A stretch of 64,000 bases of DNA from Alphaproteobacteria bacterium (GTDB taxonomy: Bacteria; Pseudomonadota; Alphaproteobacteria; RF32; CAG-239): NCBI GenBank assembly GCA_017937705.1, contig JAGBDC010000030.1, positions 38,590-102,589 of the forward strand, given 5' to 3'. The notes below the pieces were generated by a model that was not told the origin of the DNA, ran no database searches, and worked only from the letters and a program-made list of their open reading frames with translations. This document shows, piece after piece, positions 53,747 to 62,962 of this stretch (position 1 is the stretch's first letter; each line of letters opens with the position of its first letter). A program made the translations under genes and the position numbers.

Positions 53747-54529
53747 TTAATCATCATTTTCGGCTAATACGCCTTGCATAAGCAAAAACTTCGGAGTATG
53801 TCCCTTAAATGTATTGTTCTTTTTAGATAAATTAAGAGCTTCCTTATCAAACAGTTGCTCGTTTTTAGAAGTCTGCTTGTTTTCTGTTTGAGGTGCAGCT
53901 TCTTGTGCTTCGTGTTCCTTATTTTTATCTACCTTAATTTCTTGCGGAGATTTTAGTATTTTATCTAAAATATCTTGTGTTTCACGAGAACGACGATTGG
54001 TATAAACAATATTTTGCTTATCAGCCGGCAACATTTCCAAGACTTTTTCCATATTAGCCGTTTGTTTGTTTTTCTTGATAAGGTTGATGTCATCAACAAC
54101 CAAGATATTGATTTTAGTTAAATCAATACTTTTATCTTCAGATAATTCCAACAACAAATCAGGAGAACCGATAATAACATCGGATTCGTGTTCGTTGTTA
54201 TCATCTCCGGTTTCTTCGTGAAAACGATTTAGCATCGCTAGAGTATCAGAGATAATAACTGATTTTTTTGCATCTGATGTCATAATCAAAATATTGGTTC
54301 CGTCGTTACGACTTATTATATCAATCAACGGAAGAACATAAGAAATTGTTTTACCGCAAGCTCCGGGAGCAATGGTGAAAATATCTTTACCTTCCAAAAT
54401 TGCCGGAATGACATCGACTTGAACGGTTGTCGGAGTAACAATTCCACTTTCATTAATTGCTTTAACTGTTCTTTCGCTTAACCCTAAATCTAAAAAATTC
54501 ATTTTTTTACCTTTTTTATAATTTGTCAT
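53747..54529 (-). CDS. DEAD-box helicase domain-1-only protein with degenerate motifs and a Lys/Glu-rich tail
   Basis: Q-motif/Walker A region FLDLGLSERTVKAI...TPTTVQ...APGACGKT is retained. DEAD is replaced by VDDI, TPGR by SPDL, and no helicase C-terminal domain is present. Confidence 0.7.
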   Translation of the reverse strand: MTNYKKGKKMNFLDLGLSERTVKAINESGIVTPTTVQVDVIPAILEGKDIFTIAPGACGKTISYVLPLIDIISRNDGTNILIMTSDAKKSVIISDTLAMLNRFHEETGDDNNEHESDVIIGSPDLLLELSEDKSIDLTKINILVVDDINLIKKNKQTANMEKVLEMLPADKQNIVYTNRRSRETQDILDKILKSPQEIKVDKNKEHEAQEAAPQTENKQTSKNEQLFDKEALNLSKKNNTFKGHTPKFLLMQGVLAENDD

Positions 54530-54531
54530 AA

Positions 54532-54894
54532 CTAGGCACGTCCGTATACATCTTCAAGACGAACAATATCATTTTCATCGAGATTGTCTCCGGCTTGAAC
54601 TTCAATAAACTCAACATCTTCAGTCGTTTCATTAGCAATTCTGTGTTTTGTTTCTACCGGAATAAAAATATGCTCATCAGTTTTTTTAGTCAGGATTTCG
54701 TCGCCCAAAGTTACTTGTGCCGTTCCTTTAACAATAATCCAATGTTCGGCTCTGTGATGATGGAGTTGTAACGAAAGTTTAGCTCCGGGGATAACTTTTA
54801 TACGTTTAACACAAAATGTTTCTCCGCAATCCAAAACTTCCCAAGTTCCCCAAGGACGAGTATCTTTGTCACCACGACGATAGTTATTAGCCAT
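54532..54894 (-). CDS. Cupin-domain protein (mannose-6-phosphate isomerase type II C-terminal-like)
   Basis: RPWGTWEVL ... LSLQLHHHRAEHWIIVKGTA ... IPVETKHRIAN. AAGGAG RBS before the internal ATG 54894. Confidence 0.8.
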   Translation of the reverse strand: MANNYRRGDKDTRPWGTWEVLDCGETFCVKRIKVIPGAKLSLQLHHHRAEHWIIVKGTAQVTLGDEILTKKTDEHIFIPVETKHRIANETTEDVEFIEVQAGDNLDENDIVRLEDVYGRA

Positions 54895-54994
54895 AAAATT
54901 ACTCCTTATATGTATAAATTTTAACTTGATAGAACTAAATATAAATAATATAAATAAAAGCACAACATAAATTTAGAAAAGATGGACAATTTTT

Positions 54995-57259
54995 ATGCAA
55001 TCACCGGCAATAAAACAAGCACTGGGCATTTTGAGACAATTGCGACAAATTACGGAAAATAATATTCCGGTTTCGCAAAAGTTGTCATCTATTTTGGAAA
55101 CAATTACCGGAGTTATGCAGGCAGCAGCATCAACTTGTTATGTTTCTGTTGATGACAGTTACTTGGAACTCTTTTCTACATACGGTTTTGCCAAAGATGC
55201 CTCACATCAGATGAGAGTGCGTTTTAACGAAGGAATGATAGGGGAAATTGCTCAAACTAAACGTTCTTTAGCACTTAATAATATATGGTTATATCCTAAA
55301 TTTGTGTTACGTCCCGAATTGGAAGAAAAAGATTTTAAATCGTTTATCGGTGTTCCTATCATACAGTGGAATCGCACAATAGGTGTTTTAGCGGTTTATT
55401 ATAGCGAAGAAACCGAATATTCTGATGTAGATGTCGAGTTGCTTGAAACTATTGCGATGTTCTTGGCCGAAATTATTGTTTCGCCGGAAATGTCAGAATA
55501 TAAAAAGTCCCTCAGTAAATCACGAGGTTTAAGCACAAAAGAAAAAATTAAAGGTGTCAGTCTAAACAAAGGATACGGGATTGGTTTGGCCGTTGTTCAT
55601 CGCCGTCGTCAATCAGTTACAAATATTTTTGCCGAAGACAAAGAGAAAGAATTGCGTCGTTTGCAAATTGCACACCAACAAATGAACGAAGATTTGGATA
55701 ATAAATTCAACTCGACAAAATTGGGTATCGGCGAGCATGTAGATATTTTAGATGCGTATAGGATGTTTGCCAAAGATAAAGGTTGGTATCAAAAAATTGC
55801 AACAAATATCAATGGCGGTTTGGCTGCCGAAGCAGCGGTTGAACGTGCGTATGAGGATATGTGGAAACGTTTGTCGGCAAGTACGGATAGCTACTTAAAA
55901 GAAAGATTGCACGATTTAAGAGATGTGGCAGACAGATTGCAATCTTATTTGAGTGGAGATCGTCAGGAAACAAAAAGTTATGAAGGAAAAGATATTATTC
56001 TTGTTGCTCAAACAATGGGACCGGCTGAGCTGATGGATTATGACTATAATCGTATCAAAGGGTTGATATTGGAAGACGGAACTCCGACTATGCACGTAGC
56101 TATTGTAGCCAAAGCATTAAATATTCCGGTCTTGGCAAAAATTAAGGGGATATTTGCCGAAATTCAAAACGGTCAAAAAGTTGCAATAGACGGAAATGAG
56201 GGGTTTGTTTTTGTTAATCCGTCGGTTTTGGTTGAAAAAGATTTTGCTAAAAAAATCGCAGAAAAAGAACAATTAGCTAGAAAATTGGCCGCATTACGAA
56301 ATCTGCCGGCCCAAACGTTGGACGGTAAAAAGATAGGAATGTATATAAATGTCGGATTACCGTTAGACTTTGATTATATCGAAACGACAAATTGCGATGG
56401 TGTCGGACTATACAGAACCGAAATTCCGTTTATGGCTTCCGAAATTATGCCCAATGTTGATAAACAAGTTTCGTATTATAAAGATTTAATGGATAGATGC
56501 GGTCATAAAAAAGCCATTTTCCGCAGTCTTGATGTCGGCTCCGATAAACTTTTGCCATATTGGGCATATGGTGGAGAAGCAAATCCTGCAATCGGTTGGC
56601 GTTCTATTCGAATTACACTGGACAGACGAGCAATTTTACGTAAACAAATTAAGGCATTTTTATTGTCGGCAGCGGACAAAGAACTATGTGTCATGTTTCC
56701 GATGATTTCTGATTTGTCCGAGTTTGAAGATGCAAAAGAAACATTGTTTATGGAATATGAAAAAGAAAAAAGAAGAGGACAACCGGTTCCTTCTAAAGTA
56801 AAAGTCGGTCTAATGATAGAAGTTCCGTCTGTTTTGTTTCAACTTGACGACATTTTGCCGAAAGCTGATTTTATATCCGTAGGTACAAACGATTTAGCCC
56901 AGTTTGTTTTTGCTTGTGATAGAGGAAATCCGAAGCTTCTGGAAAGATATGATGTTCTGTCGGCTCCTTTTTTGACCGTGATGAAAACGATTATTGATAA
57001 GGCTGATGAATATGGTGTTTATTGTTCGGTTTGCGGAGAGATGGCATCTAATCCGATAGAGGCTTTGGCCTTGTTAGGATTGGGATATAAAAATCTTTCT
57101 TGCAGCGGTTCTGCGTTTGGCAAAGTTAAGAGCATGATAAGAAGTGTTAATATTGCGGAACTTTCGGATTATATGCAACTTTTATTAAAAAGTTCAAAGT
57201 CAACTTTACGCCCGCAATTAATTTCATATGCCTATGATCACGGTATTGAAATTTATTAA
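54995..57259 (+). CDS. ptsP: Phosphoenolpyruvate-protein phosphotransferase PtsP (EI-Ntr, N-terminal GAF domain)
   Basis: N-terminal GAF-like ~170 aa, phospho-His region GTPTMHVAIVAKALNIPV, C-terminal PEP-utilising domain (GVGLYRTEIPFM, SVGTNDLAQF). Confidence 0.92.
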   Translation: MQSPAIKQALGILRQLRQITENNIPVSQKLSSILETITGVMQAAASTCYVSVDDSYLELFSTYGFAKDASHQMRVRFNEGMIGEIAQTKRSLALNNIWLYPKFVLRPELEEKDFKSFIGVPIIQWNRTIGVLAVYYSEETEYSDVDVELLETIAMFLAEIIVSPEMSEYKKSLSKSRGLSTKEKIKGVSLNKGYGIGLAVVHRRRQSVTNIFAEDKEKELRRLQIAHQQMNEDLDNKFNSTKLGIGEHVDILDAYRMFAKDKGWYQKIATNINGGLAAEAAVERAYEDMWKRLSASTDSYLKERLHDLRDVADRLQSYLSGDRQETKSYEGKDIILVAQTMGPAELMDYDYNRIKGLILEDGTPTMHVAIVAKALNIPVLAKIKGIFAEIQNGQKVAIDGNEGFVFVNPSVLVEKDFAKKIAEKEQLARKLAALRNLPAQTLDGKKIGMYINVGLPLDFDYIETTNCDGVGLYRTEIPFMASEIMPNVDKQVSYYKDLMDRCGHKKAIFRSLDVGSDKLLPYWAYGGEANPAIGWRSIRITLDRRAILRKQIKAFLLSAADKELCVMFPMISDLSEFEDAKETLFMEYEKEKRRGQPVPSKVKVGLMIEVPSVLFQLDDILPKADFISVGTNDLAQFVFACDRGNPKLLERYDVLSAPFLTVMKTIIDKADEYGVYCSVCGEMASNPIEALALLGLGYKNLSCSGSAFGKVKSMIRSVNIAELSDYMQLLLKSSKSTLRPQLISYAYDHGIEIY

Positions 57260-57288
57260 AAGATGTGTTAAAAACAGTTAGTTTAATT

Positions 57289-58248
57289 ATGGTAAGGAAA
57301 AAATTCGTGTCTGAAGAAATTAAAACTCCTAAAAAAACGTCTTCAACCTCCAAAAAAATAGTAAGCAAGACGACAATTATACAGCTTCAAGAAACCAATA
57401 ATGATAAAATTGGAGCTGTATTATATCACGAAAGACTGAAAAAAGAATTGAGTTTGGAAGAAGTATCTCAAATATTATGTATTCGTAAGTCATATTTGGA
57501 AGCTATTGAGAAGGGTAATTATTCAGAGTTACCTCCTATGCCTTATTCAGCAGGATTTGTAAATGGCTATGCAAAGTTTTTGGGGTTGAATAATACTCGT
57601 GTTACCCAACTGTTTCGTGAAGAAATAAATGCTAAACCGAATGATGCTAAAGCATATATTAATGAAGAAACTCCGGCGGAAGCAAGTTTACCTAACAAAA
57701 TATATGTTATAAGCGGAATTGTTGCGGTAATTTTGTTGGCTCTGCTTTGGGGGGTATTGTCATCTGACAATAATGAAGAAGCTATTGTTGAAGAAAATAT
57801 AATCGAAGAAGAAGTTGTCGATGAAACTACAAACACCAATGCTGAAGTTGAATATTTTGTAAAGGAAGAAACTCCGGTTTCTGAGAAAGCAACAGAGGAA
57901 ACAAAAGAACTTCAAAAAAATGAACCTGTTTCAGACAACAAAGTTGAAGAAGAAGTTGTACAAGAAGAAAAGAAAATTTCTGAAAATCCGGTTGTTAAAA
58001 ACGGTATAGAGATAAGAATTACCAAAGAAGATACTTGGTTTGAAGTCAAGGATGATAAGAAAATTTATGCTAACAGAATTTTGAAAGTAGGAGAAAACTA
58101 TATTTTGCCCAAAAGAGAAGGGTTAATTTTATCTGTCGGTAAATTTGATGGTGTGGAAGTTTATGTTAATGGCGAACTTACTCCGGTTGTAAAACCGAAT
58201 AAAAAGACCAATATTAACCTTGATAGTATATTAAAAAACAATCATTAG
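57289..58248 (+). CDS. rodZ: RodZ-like cytoskeleton protein (HTH + TM + DUF4115)
   Basis: HTH LSLEEVSQILCIRKSYLEAIEKGNY, PYSAGFVNGYAKFLGL, a TM helix, an acidic linker and a C-terminal beta domain. Start uncertain (57265/57289/57307). Confidence 0.7.
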   Translation: MVRKKFVSEEIKTPKKTSSTSKKIVSKTTIIQLQETNNDKIGAVLYHERLKKELSLEEVSQILCIRKSYLEAIEKGNYSELPPMPYSAGFVNGYAKFLGLNNTRVTQLFREEINAKPNDAKAYINEETPAEASLPNKIYVISGIVAVILLALLWGVLSSDNNEEAIVEENIIEEEVVDETTNTNAEVEYFVKEETPVSEKATEETKELQKNEPVSDNKVEEEVVQEEKKISENPVVKNGIEIRITKEDTWFEVKDDKKIYANRILKVGENYILPKREGLILSVGKFDGVEVYVNGELTPVVKPNKKTNINLDSILKNNH

Positions 58249-58336
58249 CGAGGATAAAAACAAGGCGGAAATAGTCGTTATCGGCTATTTTTGCCTTTTG
58301 TTATACAGAGAAATTTAACTTTTAAGGAAATAAAAA

Positions 58337-59410
58337 ATGAGTTTTGCAGAAAATTTAGCCAATGTTGTAAATAGATATGATGAAATTTCATCATTATTAT
58401 CATCTCCGGGATTGTCGGCCGATGAAATGGTTAAGATGAACAAAGAATTGGCAGAACTTTTGCCGGTAGTTGAAGCTATTCAAGCATATAAAAAAGCCGA
58501 AAATGATATGAAGGATGCAGAGGCTATGATGAATGATGCCGAAATGGATAAAGAAATGAAAGATATGGCATCGGCAGAATATTATGAAATAAAAGAAAAG
58601 CTTCCTGATTTGGAAAAACAAATCAAGGTGTTATTGTTACCTAAAAATGAAGAAGATGAAAAGAATGCTATTTTAGAAGTCAGAGCAGGAACCGGTGGTG
58701 ATGAAGCTGCGTTATTTGCTGCGGTTTTGTTTGAAATGTATCGTCGTTATGCTGTTTTACAGGGATGGAAGTTCGAAACTTTAGACACTAACGAAAACGG
58801 CCTCGGAGGATATAAAGAAGCTTCTGCAAGCATCAGCGGTAAAGATGTTTTTTCGAAATTGAAATTCGAGTCCGGTGCACACCGTGTTCAACGTGTTCCG
58901 GTTACGGAATCTCAAGGACGTGTTCATACATCAGCGGCAACTGTTGCAGTTTTACCCGAAATTGAAGAAGTGGATTTTGAAATTAATCCGGCGGATTTAC
59001 GCATTGATGTTTATCGTGCGTCAGGTGCAGGCGGACAGCATATTAATAAAACAGAATCAGCTGTTCGTATCACTCACATTCCTACCGGAACAGTTGTTCA
59101 ATGCCAAGACGGGCGTTCACAATTTAAAAACAGAGAACAAGCAATGCGCCAACTTCGTGCAAAATTATATGATCAACAAAAGACGTCTATTGATTCTGCC
59201 TATTCCGAACGTCGAAAATTGCAAGTGGGCAGCGGTGATCGTTCTGAACGTATTCGTACATATAACTATCCGCAAGGACGAGTAACCGACCATAGAATTA
59301 ATTTAACATTATACAAACTGGAAGAAGTTGTATCCGGTGATGCATTAGGTGAAATTGTTGATGCTTTGTTAGCAGAAGACCAGGCTCAACGTTTGGCAGA
59401 GTTAGAATAA
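58337..59410 (+). CDS. prfA: Peptide chain release factor 1
   Basis: PVT tripeptide context ([14 protein letters not shown]) and the GGQ motif [23 protein letters not shown]. Confidence 0.95.
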   Translation: MSFAENLANVVNRYDEISSLLSSPGLSADEMVKMNKELAELLPVVEAIQAYKKAENDMKDAEAMMNDAEMDKEMKDMASAEYYEIKEKLPDLEKQIKVLLLPKNEEDEKNAILEVRAGTGGDEAALFAAVLFEMYRRYAVLQGWKFETLDTNENGLGGYKEASASISGKDVFSKLKFESGAHRVQRVPVTESQGRVHTSAATVAVLPEIEEVDFEINPADLRIDVYRASGAGGQHINKTESAVRITHIPTGTVVQCQDGRSQFKNREQAMRQLRAKLYDQQKTSIDSAYSERRKLQVGSGDRSERIRTYNYPQGRVTDHRINLTLYKLEEVVSGDALGEIVDALLAEDQAQRLAELE

Positions 59411-59437
59411 TAAATTTATGGGATGAGAGGTATAAAA

Positions 59438-60439
59438 ATGAGCAAAATAGCTGTTATCGGTGCAGAAGAAAGCATAGGTAGAGAAGTATTAAATTTTTTG
59501 GCAGACGGAAACTATAAAGTTTCTGATATTGTGGCTCTTGAGCCAAAGGCTTTACTGGGGGCTACGGTTTCTTACGGAGAAGATGATGAAATCGATGTAC
59601 ATAATCTTGATACCTTCGATTTTTCAGGCATTGATTTAGCTGTTTTTGCAAGCAGTGAGGAAATCTCTAAAAGATTTGTCGGCAAGGCTTTGGCTAAAGG
59701 GGTAAAAGTAATTGATTGTACAACCCACTTTTTCAGTGATAGTGATGTTCCGATGATTGTTGCCGGTGTAAATGATGAGCAATTAAAAAATGCAACACGC
59801 AATTTGGTAAGTGTTCCGTCGGCGGCAGTTACACAAATTTTATTGCCCTTGGTAGAAGTTGATAAAAAATATAACATTACCCGTTTGGTTGTATCTACAT
59901 ATACCTCAACTTCTGTTTACGGAAAAGCAGGAATGGACGAGTTGTTTTCTCAAACTCGCAAAATTTTTATGAATGAAAGTTTGGCGGATAATCAAAAAGT
60001 TTTTGAAAAACAGATTGCGTTCAATGTAATTCCTCAAGTTGAAGATTTTATAGGGGATGAAACTAAATATGAATGGAGCATTAATGCCGAAACTAAAAAA
60101 GTTTTGGGAAAAGATGTAAAAGTTCATGCTAACTGTGCTTTTATACCTGCTTTTATCGGTAATGCTGCTTATGTTAATGTTGAATGTGAAGACGATGTAG
60201 ATGTTGATGATGTTGAAAAATTAATGAAGCAAACAAAAGATGTTATCGTTTTTGATAAAAAAGTTAAGGGGGGATATGTTACTCTTAATGATGTTCAAGG
60301 CGAAATAGAAGTTTATGTCAGCAGATTGCGTCAAGATGTATCGGTAGAAAATGGTTTTAGTTATTGGTGTGCAGCTGATAATTTACGTTTTGGTGTAGCC
60401 GGAAATGTATATAAAATTATTCGTTTATGGATGAAATAA
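59438..60439 (+). CDS. Aspartate-semialdehyde dehydrogenase-family paralogue lacking the catalytic residues (probable pseudoenzyme)
   Basis: Collinear with short-form Asd (recalled B. subtilis sequence), but GATGAVG becomes GAEESIG, PNCST becomes PSAAVT, STYQAVSGAG becomes STYTSTSVYG, and RLPIQTGHSE becomes FIPAFIGNAA. Confidence 0.7.
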   Translation: MSKIAVIGAEESIGREVLNFLADGNYKVSDIVALEPKALLGATVSYGEDDEIDVHNLDTFDFSGIDLAVFASSEEISKRFVGKALAKGVKVIDCTTHFFSDSDVPMIVAGVNDEQLKNATRNLVSVPSAAVTQILLPLVEVDKKYNITRLVVSTYTSTSVYGKAGMDELFSQTRKIFMNESLADNQKVFEKQIAFNVIPQVEDFIGDETKYEWSINAETKKVLGKDVKVHANCAFIPAFIGNAAYVNVECEDDVDVDDVEKLMKQTKDVIVFDKKVKGGYVTLNDVQGEIEVYVSRLRQDVSVENGFSYWCAADNLRFGVAGNVYKIIRLWMK

Positions 60440-60460
60440 TAAAGCAGAGGAGACTGCAAA

Positions 60461-62962
60461 ATGAAAAAAATGTCATATTTTATGTGTATATTACTGACCT
60501 TTTTTGCTTTGTCCGTAAAAGCAGAAGATAATATGGCCAAGAAAGAAGTAGATGCACAAACTTTTGTAGTCAGTTCTGTGGCGGTAGAACCCGATTATAA
60601 TGCCATAAGCAAAGAACTTAATGTAATTGAAGAAACATTAAAGTCAACGACGGCAGATTCTCAAACAATTAAAAATTATGTTTCTTATCTGAGCACAACA
60701 AGGGGGCAACTGCATGAAAGCAGAAGCAACCACGATAAGGATTTAAATGTAATTAATAAGCGTTTAGAATCTTTAGGGGAAATGCCTAAAGACGGTGAGG
60801 AAGAATTACCGCATATTGCCCAAAAAAGAAAAGAATATAACGAAGAACTTATATATCAAAAAGGGCGAATAGCCGAAGCCGATTTGTTAATTCACAGAAC
60901 TGATGAATTAACAAACCTTATTTCTACAATTCGCAAACAAGTTTTGATTAATAACTTGCTCGTTTATCAAGATCCGATAGTGTATCCTCGCAACTTTTTA
61001 CATGCTACCGGTGAATTTGTTAATTTCGGATTTAGTATATTAAAATCACCGATTACTTGGTATAACGAACTTTCTTCCGAACAAAAAGATGCTGTAAATT
61101 CCAATGTATTTTGGGTATTGCTTATGGTGTCTGTTGCTTTGGGAATAGGTATCTTTTTAAGATTGAAAATAATTCGCAGATTGGGATATAAACATGACTT
61201 TGAAGGAATACCGCCATATTTTACGAAAGTTGTTGCCGCATTTTTTGTGGCTTGTGCTTATGGTGTAATTCCTGCTGTTTTATTAGGCGGATTTTTACTT
61301 TGGGCTATCCATACTCAAATATTAACTATTGGATTTTTTGGTTTAGTATTATCAAGTGCCTTATACTATTCTCTTTATATATTTTTATCAAATGCAGCAA
61401 TAAGGGTAGTGTTTGCTCCATACAATCCTAAATGGCGTTTGGTGGCGATGGATGACGTTAAAGCAAAATCTATTACTAAAGCCTTCTATTTAAGCTTTTT
61501 CCTAATCGGTATCTGTTCAATGGTTGAATATATTGCCAATCAAGCAAATTCTTCGGTTGAACTTTTATATTTTATCTCACTCATATCAACGTTTGTTAAA
61601 GCATTTTGTTTGGTAAGGGTTATTAAAAAGTTTTTCTGGGAAGATAGTTTTTCGGCAGATGATGATATGTCCGATGAAGATAATTCTGAAACCGATAGCA
61701 AAACACAAAGAGCTTTGCGAGTTATTTTTGTAAGCAGTATTTTGGCTGTTTCGGTAATTGTTATCTCGCTGTTAGGCTACCCCAGATTGGCAGAATTTAT
61801 AATAAACAGAACGTTGTTTACTATCTTAATAGTAGTTGCAACCCTTATTTTAAGAAAGGCAGTATTTGAACTGACAACCAAAATATTATTGTTAAACTTT
61901 TGGGTGAAAAAACTTCATTTACGCAGACAACTATTACAAAAAATGGACTTTTGGCTAGATATGATTATCAGTCCGATATTTGTTGTGTTAGGTGTTTTGG
62001 CAATATTGACATTATGGGGTGTTTCTACCGACATTTTGCTTCACAGTATCAAAAAATTACTTTTAGGTTTTAAAATCGGTGGAGTTGAAATTTCATTATT
62101 TCAAATTGCTTTGGGTATTGCCATATTTTTTGCAGCTCTTGCCGTGGTTAGAATTTTGCGTCGTAAATTGATGGAAAATGTACTATCTCACGTCGATATT
62201 GAAGACGGAATAAAACACTCTTTAGCTTCAGGATTTGGTTTTGTCGGTTTCATAATTGCCGGATTTTTGGCAATAGCGGTAATGGGAGGCGATTTAAGTA
62301 ATGTTGCATTGGTTGCCGGTGCATTATCAGTAGGTATCGGTTTAGGTTTACAAGATATTGTAAACAATTTTGTATCCGGAATTATTCTTTTATTTGAACG
62401 TCCGATAAAAGTCGGAGATTGGGTGGTTATCAACGGCGAAGAGGGAAAAATTAAGCAAATAAATATTCGTTCTACCGAAATAGAAACATTCAATCGAGCA
62501 AGTGTAATTATCCCCAATGCGACCATTTTATCTAATTCGTTGACAAACCTAACTCACGAAAATAATTGGATGCGTTTTAAGATTCCTGTCGGTGTGGCTT
62601 ATGGTTCCGATACGCAAAAAGTTAAACAAATATTGTTAGAATGCGCAAATGCCAACAAAAAAGTCTTAAAAAAACCGGCTCCGTATGTTTTGTTTCAAAA
62701 CTTTGGATCCAGTAGTTTAGATTTTGAGTTACGAGGCTATAGTAATGATATTTGGGAAGGGTGGGAAATTCCCAGTGAATTACGTTTTGAAATAAATCGT
62801 CGTTTTATTGAAGAAGGTATTGAAATTCCGTTTACTCAAATGGTGGTTCACCAAGGTAGTGATGTTGCATCCAAAACTTCAAACCAATTCTATGCTCGTG
62901 GCAAGAAATCATCAAAAATGCAAGAAACTCAACCAAAGAAGGCAGAAGATGAAAATAAGTAA
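60461..62962 (+). CDS. MscS-family mechanosensitive channel (MscK/KefA-like, large N-terminal periplasmic + multi-TM extension)
   Basis: Signal peptide, coiled-coil periplasmic region, about 10 TM helices. Conserved MscS core GLQDIVNNFVSGIILLFERPIKVGDWVVI...G.I..I..RST. Confidence 0.9.
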   Translation: MKKMSYFMCILLTFFALSVKAEDNMAKKEVDAQTFVVSSVAVEPDYNAISKELNVIEETLKSTTADSQTIKNYVSYLSTTRGQLHESRSNHDKDLNVINKRLESLGEMPKDGEEELPHIAQKRKEYNEELIYQKGRIAEADLLIHRTDELTNLISTIRKQVLINNLLVYQDPIVYPRNFLHATGEFVNFGFSILKSPITWYNELSSEQKDAVNSNVFWVLLMVSVALGIGIFLRLKIIRRLGYKHDFEGIPPYFTKVVAAFFVACAYGVIPAVLLGGFLLWAIHTQILTIGFFGLVLSSALYYSLYIFLSNAAIRVVFAPYNPKWRLVAMDDVKAKSITKAFYLSFFLIGICSMVEYIANQANSSVELLYFISLISTFVKAFCLVRVIKKFFWEDSFSADDDMSDEDNSETDSKTQRALRVIFVSSILAVSVIVISLLGYPRLAEFIINRTLFTILIVVATLILRKAVFELTTKILLLNFWVKKLHLRRQLLQKMDFWLDMIISPIFVVLGVLAILTLWGVSTDILLHSIKKLLLGFKIGGVEISLFQIALGIAIFFAALAVVRILRRKLMENVLSHVDIEDGIKHSLASGFGFVGFIIAGFLAIAVMGGDLSNVALVAGALSVGIGLGLQDIVNNFVSGIILLFERPIKVGDWVVINGEEGKIKQINIRSTEIETFNRASVIIPNATILSNSLTNLTHENNWMRFKIPVGVAYGSDTQKVKQILLECANANKKVLKKPAPYVLFQNFGSSSLDFELRGYSNDIWEGWEIPSELRFEINRRFIEEGIEIPFTQMVVHQGSDVASKTSNQFYARGKKSSKMQETQPKKAEDENK

